From positions 1 to 64,000 of the forward strand of contig JBEWZL010000210.1 of assembly GCA_045837725.1 (NCBI GenBank): a stretch of 64,000 nt of DNA, written 5' to 3'. Below the pieces are notes generated by a model. That model ran no database searches. It worked only from the letters and a program-made list of their open reading frames with translations, and was not told where the DNA came from. The stretch is from Vermamoeba vermiformis (lineage: Eukaryota). Shown one piece after another: positions 1-10,500 of the stretch (position 1 is its first letter; each line of letters begins with the position of its first letter). The translations under genes and the position numbers were made by a program.

Positions 1-587
1 GTCGACTGTAACAATAAAATTACGTTTTTCAACATAGAACGACCACACTTATATCTTAAAGTTATATTTCTGTACAAAGTGGTCCCTGAATTGACGGCAA
101 TTGATGCGAAGTGCCGTAACTTTTGGTTGGTAAGCCAGATGCTGGATTTGTTTTTTCTGATCTTCGCATCACAACAAAATTAACGACTAATTCCATCGCG
201 ATAAATCATAATATTAATAATAGAGTGCCTCGTAAGCAATTACAAGCACTTTTGAATTATTTTGAATTATTTTTTAAAATTAACGCCTCCGATCTGTTCG
301 GCCATTGTGCTGCAACTATTCGGGTCGTACTTTCGATTTGTAACACTCTTATTAATACAATCTTATTGATAGGTGTGCGACTTCATATTGAGAAGATTTT
401 GTACAGGCGATTTAGGGGACCCGGACTCTATTGTTTGAGTTTTTTCTGCCATCTTTGTAAACAAATTCCAGTAAATTTCGCACAATAGTGGTGAGTTATT
501 ATCACTTTATACATGGCTAATGATTACTCAGTTTATTTTTGATGTGTTAGATCCGAACCACACGCGACCTCGAAAAGTGCCTCGGCA

Positions 588-3525
588 ATGGCCAAAGTAG
601 TAAACCTTGGTGCCACATGCTACATTAGCAGTTCTTTACAGCTATTATTTAGTATTGAAGCTTTCCGTGAGCTTGTTATATCATCAAAACCTACACACAA
701 ACTTGCGATTGAATTTCGACAGATTATCACACTTATGAAGAGTAATAAAACAATTCATATCGAACCATTAACAAGGCTATTGAAAATATCAAAAGCAAGC
801 TACCAAAAAGAACACCGTGATTTACAAGAGTTTCTGCTCAATTTATTGGACAAGTTAACTGAAGACTCTGAGTTCAAGCGAATTATAAAGCAAGTTTTTG
901 GTGGTGCCTTACAACGTAATGGTTCAGAATTAATGGAGCCTTTTATAGGTACAAATGACTGCTGCAACTCGACTTAATTTCAATTGACTTTATAATTTAG
1001 ATATTTCAATTCCAGTTGCCCCCGGCAATGTTGTGGACAGTTTAGTTCAACTTTTCAGCAGTGTACGTAACATTTGCATAAGACTTGGATTTTAACTTAT
1101 TCAATGATAAGGACTGGGGTTCACACAAATTTTTGACATTCCCCACTGCATTAGTCCTCCACCTTAAGCGTTTTGATAATCTGGGCAACAAGAATGAAGC
1201 GAAGTTTCACTTCAAGTCAACTCTAGTTATTCCAGCAAAGCTCAGTTGTAGTGGTCATGCAGAGACCTACCAACTCAAATCAATAATAGTGCACCAAGGA
1301 ACTGCTAAACAGGGTCACTACGTAACCTACAGCCTTGCGAACAACCAATGGCTTGAACTCAATGATGCAGTCGTCTCAAAGGTAGTCAAAGTATGCCATT
1401 TTGCAGGTTCTAACCTCAATGTAGGCTCCCAAAGACTTCATGCAGAGGTTATTTGAGGGAATTGCAAGTGCTTATATCTTAGTGTACTGCACACAGCGTA
1501 TTTCATCCCCAACCAAGTCCAGACCCACACGAATTATTGGAAATGAATCACAGCAATTTAATGATTTTATGGAATGGGACTCAACATCATGTCAAAGTGA
1601 TCCAATAGAGATATCAGATAGTGAATATGAAGCAAACGAAAGTGATGATATGAGTGAATCAATTGAAGAAGATAATGAAGAGACATCAGAAGTCGCAAGT
1701 CCTGCAGCAGTGAAAGAAGGTATTGATTTCTCATTCATTAATCATTTTGATAACCATTACTGGCAGCTAAACTTCAAGCAAAACTGTCTGGGTGGAAAAA
1801 CGATGGGAGTAAATTCAAGCCCAAAACTTCTCAACCATTGACAAACCCAGGACCAAAGCACCAGCTCATCTTAACAAAAATTAATGCAATACGTCATCAA
1901 CTGGGAAAGCCAAAACTGTCTTCAACACTACGTGTCACAGAGCTTGACTGTTACTTACTTATGATGAATGACATAATTGAACATATTGAAAAAACAACAG
2001 ATGCAAATCTGCACATCAAAGCAGTCGATTTGCGCGCTTATCTTGGTGTTAGAATTGCACAACAATTATTGCCAGGTCATTCTGTTGATGACTCTTGGGC
2101 CTCCTTTTTGCATTCACGCGCCATGTGGGGCAACAGGTGGATTGCTAAAACAATGCTAAAAGATGAATTCAAGTTTATACACCGGAACAAAAAGTAAGTT
2201 CGTTGTTCACTCACTGTAATGGTTCTTACCTTTGGTCTTAGGTATGATGTGTACTTTGTTTGGGCAGCTCTGAATCAAACCTACTCAGAAATATGGGTGC
2301 CATTCAGCCACCTTGCTTTAGATGATAAAGCAAATGCTTGGAAAGGAAGGTCAATTTACAAGATTTACAGATTACGCAAGCCATTCCCTTGGGCAATGTT
2401 AGAATATGTCATTATTGATGAAAGTGGATGGATGTCTGGCTTCATTCCTCGATATGGACTGTTTGCTACCATAACAGACAAGTTCAAGAAATGGCGAGAG
2501 TTATATCACGCCTTCAAAACAGGTCAACTTTCGCAAAGACCTCTACCATTTAAAACAATGTTTCCACGAGCATCAAAGACAAATTTCGATTTGGAAAAAG
2601 CCGTCAGTTTTTTATTGTCAAGACTCCCTGACAAACAAAGGCACGTTTATGACTTTATTAGAGAACCCACAAATTATGAAGAATGGAACAATCTGACAAC
2701 TCGAAACTTATCACACTATCATGTATTTTGTGACAGAGAGTTTTCCTCACTATGGCAGCACCTGCAAAAGCACAATATTGGATACACTGTTGGCATTATT
2801 GGAACATCACACCCTAACCTGTTTCAAAACAACCTTGCTCATTGTTTACAGCCAGGACAATGGCGCAGCTTAACAAACGACTCAGATATCATCATGTCAT
2901 TCTATGACCCTCAAGGCAAGACCTGTCACTGGGCTAGTAATCGAGGAACAGCAGCCTCAATTTCTGAAAAAGTAATTGATGGAAACAAAAAGAAAAAGCT
3001 TGCATACTCTGCTCCCCACTTGGTGCAACAATATCGGACATACTTCAGTTCTGTGGATAAGCATAACTCCAAAGCCAAGAAGTTTAAGTGGCCCTACCGG
3101 ATTCGAAAAGTAACAGAGCGCTTAGTATTTGCAGATTGGGAGCGCTCTGCTCAAGTTCAGGCAGAAACACTCTTCAAAAGACTCACCAACAGTGATATTC
3201 CTGCCAAGAAATTTCTTGCCAATTTAGCGCGCTCCCTGGTAGAGGAATTCCAATCAAAAAGGAAACGAAACTACACAATAGAAGCGTTAGATCTTGTGCG
3301 CGCCAGTGGAAAGCATAATCCATACACCCACACCTGTGCGTACGAATTTGGCAACTCCAAGCGTTGTTTCTTTTGTCAAACTCAAAAGATATCTTCTTCT
3401 ACACTGTAAGTATGTGTAGGTGTACTTTTGTCAAACTAATTAATTGCCTTAGCTACAAGTGCATTCAGTGCAAAGTTGCCTTACACAAGAAGTGCTGGAA
3501 GAAATTCAAAGGTGTAAATCTTTAA
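588..3525 (+). CDS. USP (peptidase C19) deubiquitinase fused to piggyBac DDD transposase with C-terminal Cys-rich finger, 886 aa, 7 exons
   Basis: Exons 588-948, 1001-1062, 1112-1390, 1425-1719, 1767-2193, 2242-3405, 3453-3525 join in frame through GT-AG introns. USP motifs: NLGATCY, LHLKRF, IIVHQG..GHY, WLELND, AYILVY. Transposase motifs: LALDDKANAWKGRS..KP, HVFCDREFSS, YRTYFSSVDK, and CxxC..CxxC..LHKKCW. Confidence 0.88.
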
Positions 3526-3563
3526 GTTTTGTACAAGGAGTTATCAGTTAACTATTGTGTGAA

Positions 3564-3831
3564 TAGCATGTAACACGTTGTGGTGTAGCATGAGCACGAA
3601 AGTGCCTGAGGCGGCTTTGACGCAAAAAACCTCGTGTGTAGGCACTGAGAGTTTGGGGATAGTCAGCTTGCTTCAGATTTATTCACATAATCACCTGCTA
3701 GGCTAACTGTTAGTAGCATGTAACACGTTGTGGTGTAGCATGAGCACGAAAGTGCCTGAGGCAGCTTTGACGCAAAAAACCTCGTGTGTAGGCACTGAGA
3801 GTTTGGGGATAGTCAGTTTGCTTCAGATTTA
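3564..3831. repeat. Two ~118-bp direct repeats (3564-3681, 3714-3831), subterminal in element 1
   Basis: TAGCATGTAACACG...CTTCAGATTTA occurs twice at a 150-bp period with 2 mismatches seen. Confidence 0.95.
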
Positions 3832-3900
3832 CTCAACAGACGATAGCCTGGGCTACTATTGAGCTTATTTATGAGAAATGGGAGCAGCCATGTCCAAATT

Positions 3901-3943
3901 CTGGTACGTCTACCGTGTAGACTTCCAGTTGGTTAAGGAATAT
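3901..3943. repeat. Right terminus of element 1 with internal imperfect palindrome, plus ATAT target site
   Basis: CTGG(TAC)GTCTAC-CGT-GTAGAC(TT)CCAG, then TTGGTTAAGGA|ATAT. Confidence 0.7.
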
Positions 3944-3971
3944 CATCTCATGACTAACCTTTGTTTATCAG

Positions 3972-4649
3972 TTCGAAAGAGTGAAGAAAGAGCAATTAGA
4001 GTACTACGAGATCTTGAAACAGCCCAATGCTGAGCCTGGTACTGCCCTTACCACTAAGTTTCCGTTCAGTGAATGCGTTATTCGTGAAGTGATTCGAACT
4101 TCAGTCTCTGGCATCTCGTTCAGACGCGCCATCACAGACTTTGTTCTGAACGACAACGGAACTAATTACTTCATTCCTAAAGGTAAGGTTAACGTAAATT
4201 AAATCTTTATCGTTAATGTTGTTGTAGACACTTACATAATTATGCCGTATAATACTATTGGCAAGGACACGAGTGTTCACAAAGACCCTGAAGTGTTCAA
4301 ACCGGAGCGATTCGAAACTGAAGCTAAAGGTGCTTGTGAGAACGTCACTTTTGGAGCAGGACGACACCCGTGCACTGGTACGTGAATTAATCGCGATTAT
4401 AATTTGAGCGTCATTTTGGCTAAATAATTTCCCTATCTTTCTTTGGGCCTTCATCTCTCCTCTTTTTCAGGCACCAAGTTCGCGATGCTGAACATCAAGA
4501 ACATTGCATTCAACATCATGAACTTCTACAAAGTTGATGTGCCCGGCGAGGTAGAAAACTACATGCCAAAGATGCAAACAATGGGTGTGTTCAGACCCAT
4601 CAAGCCCGTCATGTTCACTTTGACCAAGTTGAAACCGATCGAGTTGTAA
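3972..4649 (+). CDS. Cytochrome P450, last three exons (5' part lies beyond the transposon, outside the window)
   Basis: ExxR (EVIR), PERF and heme motif FGAGRHPCTG. Highly similar to the paralog at 15765-17737. Confidence 0.92.
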
Positions 4650-4992
4650 AATTGTTTTAATTTGTTTGTCTGTCGTTGTGCACCACATAAAGTGACATAA
4701 CTCCACAAGTTGGTACAGGCAACTAACCGCCATCATGCTAATACAAGATGTCGTTAATGTACGTCCTTTTTTTTAAAAATTAATTAAAATTTATTAAAAT
4801 TATTTTTTTTATTTTTTTGTTTCATAAGTGCGGCGGAACGGCTTCAATTGAACGTGCAATCTAAATAGCCAATTCAAATATTATTGCACAAATTAACTGA
4901 GGTGTGCAGTTTAATCATGTGAAAAAGATGGAATGACAGCTAATTTTGGTTTCAAAGTGTCATCGTTTTGGTTCTTTTTCGATCGACCACGA

Positions 4993-7471
4993 ATGAACGC
5001 GCCACTTTGGAAATTACCCCTTGAAATACGATCTCATATATTTGAATCACTAAGTCTTAGGGACATCGGTCACCTTAGACAATGCTGTTCGGCGTGGTTC
5101 AACATTTTACAAGATCTGTCATTTCTGAAGGTCCTTGATTTTTCTTATTCTCCTGTAAGTATTCAGATAATTAGTTACTTACTATAATCACGAATGAAGG
5201 GCATTAAAGAATTATTTGCAATTTTGTAATTAAATTATTTCAATTCTTATCTAATTTTTGGGTAAATTAGGATATCACGGTGGAGGCCTTCAATGATATA
5301 TTACATTACCGTATTAATGAAGAAGATAATTACATTACAAAAGTTATTCTGGCTCATACAAAGAATTTGACGAATAACGCACTGGAAGAATTGTTTCGGT
5401 ATCTTCCGAGGTAAAACAACCAGTTAAAAGCAAGAGAATAACGTACCGAAATATCCATAAGAGGTAATATTGTTATTTAAGAAAATTTGCTGATTTGGCG
5501 CGCAGAATCCAAGACATCCGAATCCGTCACTGTTTAACTTCAAAATGCATGGCTGTATTGCTCAAGCAAGAAAATTTGAAGGTTATAGTATATGTAAATG
5601 CGCCATTGATCCCATTAAAAAAGGTAACTTTTTGTCGACAAGATCCGATCTGACACGATCTGCAGGTACAAGAGCTAGTTGAGGCCCCTATCGAAGTCAA
5701 ATGCACTAAATTGACCCGTAAGATTATATTATATATATTTCTTGCTAAAGAACTGATTAGGATTCAAAATGGTGCGAGAAAAGAGGAGCCCTGATCTCGA
5801 TCTGACGCTAAAACTCAAATTGCTTGAAATGAACCCGAAGCTTAAGACTGATATAGATTTTATACTTTTTTTGTTGGAGTCAAAGCCATTTCAAACGGAA
5901 ATTAAAAATCGTCAATGCGACTTGGTGTTTTCATCAAACGATCTGCGTCTTTACCGCCAGATCTGGGAAGCTGAATCGATATGGCCCTTAGTATGAACAT
6001 AATATTACTTACTTATATTAATATACTTACGTTACTATTAAATTGAAGACGATCGATGTACTCCTCAACAAAACCATGCCCCTATTATGCGCTTTTCCTC
6101 TGGATCAACGAATGGCGAATAAGGATGCATGGGCGAGTAAGTATTATTGTAATTCACAAATGTATTAATAATAGGAATAATTAAAAATAACGCATAACAA
6201 TAATATGACCCCAAACTTCCCTGAGAAATCTGACGATCTGCATCTGTATGAAAACTTTGACTTCATGTTTAACCTTTCTGTCTGCAGTTGCCTATACAAT
6301 TCTTAATGTTCGAAATAAATGGTTCGGAGAAGACAGTTGCAGGAAGATAAATCAAAATAGGGAGTGGTTAGAGATACTCGCGGATCTGCAAGCGGTCCAC
6401 ATCCAAGATGAGGAGCTAGAACAAGCTCGTAAAAAGTTGGTATAATATAATTATATAGTATTGTAGTTACTAAGCATATCATTAGATTCCAAAAGAGACC
6501 TTTTCATCAAATTGCGTATACTTCTTTTATGGATATCAAGTTGAGTACGCTGAGGAACTTAGGTACGAGGCTTAAAGCCTAAATCTTCATATAGTATTAT
6601 ATTAGTAATAATAATATCATTCAGAACTTGAACCAGAGCTACACGAGCAATTTGAACGCGAGTTAAGTACTGTGGTTGAAATAGTTTCTCTGTTGTTGAA
6701 AAAACTGCCGATAAGATTTGGATTAATGCAGGGTAACATAATTATATCGTTGTGCGATTTAAATACTAATACAATTAACAGCTATTTCGTTATTAAACCG
6801 CAAGCAATTCCAGGAAAGTAAGTCAAATATACTACCTTTTATTTTAACTCCCAATTTACTTAACATCAATTTATAGGTTACGACGAGTTCTGTAAGCATA
6901 TTAATGCGCAGCATTACCTTGATATGGACTCCTATTCGTTAGCACAAGATCTCTATTCTCAAGGTATGAATGGACCAATGCTTTGACGCCATAAACTAAA
7001 TCTGACTAATATAAATTAATTTCTTATGTAGCTTTCTTGGGCGCGTATCACGTGGCAAGGGATTACCTGAAAAATCCGGATCTATTACTACAACTTGAAA
7101 CTTTGAGTCCAGACAATTACGATAAAATCTTTAGGCATTTTTCTAGAGCTCAATCCGACTATAATGAAGGTAATAACAATTTGAATTCTTTACGATTTTT
7201 TGTTGATATTTCCTATTTAGGCAAGTGTACTAAACGACAGCAGTATGGCAACTGCTATTGGTACGTGTGTTATACATGCGCTGCTGATGACGGCGAGTGT
7301 AGCGGACTATGTTATGGCTGCGTTCAGTCATGTAAGACTAAACAATCGATGCAACATGTGATATTAATATAATATTCTGTAGGCCATGCCGGTCATCAAG
7401 TAATGTATGTTAATGTTTCTTTAACCCCTTGCAATTGTAGACAGCCGCAGTGCGATAAATATTTTTCTTAA
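4993..7471 (+). CDS. F-box protein with C-terminal UBR-type zinc finger, multi-exon
   Basis: N-terminal LPLEIRSHIFESLSLRDIGHLRQCC F-box. Spliced C-terminus reads CT..WYVCYTC..GLCYGCVQSCHAGH..CNC. Internal exons are not fully resolved. Confidence 0.75.
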
Positions 7472-7557
7472 TTGTAATAATAGTTGCCCTGTACGATGCA
7501 AAAGAAAGATTTTATTAAAATTAAAGAGTTAAACAACGGAACTAAAACTCCGATTGT

Positions 7558-10500
7558 TTAAATATTGCGGCTGGCAGGAGGGCAGCGCTTAGGAATGGCA
7601 TTGATAAGACTTTCGGGCAAAGAGTCCACCTCGAACAGCGCTCCGTAGTCGGCGATTGCACTAAAAAAAAGAAAGAGAAATTAGACAACAGTGCTTAGAT
7701 TAACTTAGTCTCGACTATGAACTTACACGCTCTCAACGCCGTCTTCCCAACTCTTCTTGGGTCCAGCAATGACTTGCATAATGGTGTACTTGGCCGCTTC
7801 GAACTTCCATTCGCAGGTCTGAGGATTGACGTAGCTGAGGCAGCAATAGAACTTGCCGTACTTGGCAGGAATCTTGACCTTTCTGTACTCGTCGAAAGCT
7901 GCATTGACGACCTCGATGATCTCTTTCTCGGGAACGTGAATGGACCAATCACTAGTGAGCGCAGCCCAAATCAATTGTTCACTGTCGTCTATGAAAAACT
8001 TTTCAAGGGCACGCAAAGGCACCGGCTCAATTTGAGTGGGACCAAAGTCATCAGGCATCTTGGCACCAGCAGGCACATCAACCTCAAACGATCCTTCGGC
8101 CAAGGGATACGACGTCAAAGTGTTAATGTTGGTCGGTCCGTCCACGCGGTGCTGATGACGTGCATCGCCCTCAAAGACGTTGTAGTGCAGCGCCATTTCG
8201 ACCTTGTGCGTGCCAGGACCAGCGCGGAGCAAGTAGCTGTAGAGCAATCTGGACTTGACAGACCACGAGTTCGCGTGATTGGCGAAGTCAATGCCCAAGC
8301 CGAGGACATTGAAGAACACTGTCTGCTGCGTGTTGAACAATTTGCTGTCGCCCATGAAGTAACCAATGCTCTGCTGGAACTCGTGTCTTGGGTGCACGGG
8401 CTTGCCATCGATTTTGACCTGCAGTGACATGACCAGCTTGGGACAGTTGACCACGGCGTCCATGTGACCGTCCACGGTGTACACAGGAGTACCATCCTTC
8501 TTCTTGCCAATAGCGTAGTTAGCGAGAGATCGAGGCCACACTGCACGAGCACTGATTTGGTCTGACAAACTGAATTTGGTTTTCAACGCGTCCTTGTTTT
8601 GATCGATGAGCAGAGGAATGTCACCGGCGCCAAAGACGATCTTGCCAGCATATGGCGCGGTGTACTTGACGAATGCTTCGTGGTTCGTGCTGTCAGGTCT
8701 CTTGCCAAAGGGAAGTCCGCTTTGTGCGGGTGTGCCAGGACGAACAAGCTCGTAGTCAGGCATGCCAAAGTCTGCCTCAGTAGGCTGCCACAAGTCAGTG
8801 GGAGCAGTTGGAGTGGGCCAAACAGGTTCCAAGTCAGGAGTTCTGTCTTGCGGGTGGAAGCGGAATTCGCTGTCCAAAATTCTCGTCAAGCGGGAAATGA
8901 AGAAGCGACGGGCAACGGGCCACTGCTCGAGCTGCTTCAAAACTTCCAAGATATTCTCTTGCGTGTGATAAGGCGCCCGTGCGTTGGCGCGGACAATGAC
9001 TGACTCAATGAGGGACAAAATCTTCGAGACCTTGCCGCTGTGTTCTTTTTGGTAGATGATCTTGACCAATTCGGCTTGGTAGGGCGGGATGTTCGGGAAC
9101 TTTATGTTGAGCGAGTGCAATTCAGAAGCGATTTCATCGGCAAAGTCTGCAAGGTTGCTACGAGAAGCACCAACTTCGTTCACGATACGGCAGTACAACA
9201 TGCTGGCCTTCTTCAAAACCGTCACGAATTCTTCGACCAAGGTCTCGCGTTCCAAGTTCTCGGCAATGTAGCTGAAGCCCGTGTTGATTTGGTCCCACAT
9301 CGTTTGTCTCACTGTGTCCTTCTCGGTCTCTGGAATCTCTAACACTTGCTTCTTAAGCTTCTCGAGCAACGACCGCGCGTGATCCCACTTGCCGGCAATG
9401 TACTTAGGAGGGTTGTAAGGTTCACCAAGGACCACATGTTCTGTGACCTTTGCATCACGAATAAGCTCGTTGACGGCCTTCTTCCACTCGCCGTTAATGG
9501 TCAAAACGCTTGTATTCCATTGAATGATGAAGGTGCGCGTCTTGCCAGGAGTGTCAGCTTGTGCTTGGAGACTGGTAAATGGGGAAGCCACGTGAATGAC
9601 CCACGGGCCAACAGTAGCTGAGACTGGACCATTAGGGAAGCCAGGAGCATTGGGCACTATAATAATAAATGATTTAGTATCGATGTCTAACTATAATTGT
9701 CAAAGGTAATTAATTACCTGACTTGACAGGGGCATCAGCACCACCGGCAGCAGCGGCGCCTCCCATGGCAGCAGTAATCGTGCGCTCCAATGAATCAAGA
9801 GCGGTGCGTGTCTCGGCGACGTAGCTGACAACAAGAGGCAAGGTGTTGTAGGGCGGGCTCTCGAGCTCAGCAAGGCTGTCGTAGGCCTTGTTCAACGCGT
9901 CCAAAGCCTCTTGGTGGCGTGAGTGATCAACAAAGGTCTTGGCAGTGTTCACGTGACTCTTGCCAGCGTTGATCTTGTCGTAGACGACTCTGCCAAACAT
10001 GGCCTCGCCGATCTTGGCCTCTAACTGGTCGAGAGCAGGAACGGTGTCCTTCAAGAAGGCGATGGTGATGGCGATGGTGTTGTAAGGAGTCTCTTGAAGT
10101 TCTGCAATGACTTCACGGGCCTTGGCAACAGCAGTGAGAGCCTCGGTGTTGCGGCTGTGGAAGTTCAAGTCCTTGGCAGTCGAGATGTGAGTGTTGGCAG
10201 CACGGATCTTATCTTCAACGACTCGTCCGAACAGAACTTCAGCAATCTTGCCTTCAAGAGCGTCAAGGGCGGGCTTGGCGTCCTTCAAGTAGGCAATAGT
10301 GGCTTCAAGTGTGGCGTAAGGAGGCTGCTCGATTTCAGCGATAGCACCACGAGCCTTGTCAATAGAAGTGAGGGCTTCTTCGTTTCTTGAGTGCTTGTGC
10401 AAGTGTTCAGCTTCAGTGACTAAGGTCTTCACGGCACGGATCTTGTCTTCAACCACGCGACCAAACATGGCTTCACCGCACTGACGTTCGTATTGATCAA

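Larger units (their letters stand above)
1..3939 (+). mobile_element. piggyBac-superfamily DNA transposon (element 1), left end outside window, inserted in a P450 intron
   Basis: Contains a piggyBac-type transposase gene and 150-bp-period subterminal repeats. Right terminus ...CCAGTTGGTTAAGGA (3939) is followed by ATAT (3940-3943), the same TTAAGGN|ATAT pattern as element 2. The remainder of a P450 intron and a P450 exon follow directly. Confidence 0.85.

Noticed and set aside
48-66. ATATCTTAAAG as the left end of element 1
   Set aside because: It does not match the expected ATAT|TCCTTAACC, and the sequence upstream is not the preceding P450 exon. The left end is probably outside the window.
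123-488. 121-aa ORF upstream of the USP exon
   Set aside because: Non-ATG start, no motif, and composition typical of non-coding DNA.
3564-3831. Direct repeats as a CRISPR-like array
   Set aside because: Only two long copies, in a eukaryotic transposon context, with no cas genes.
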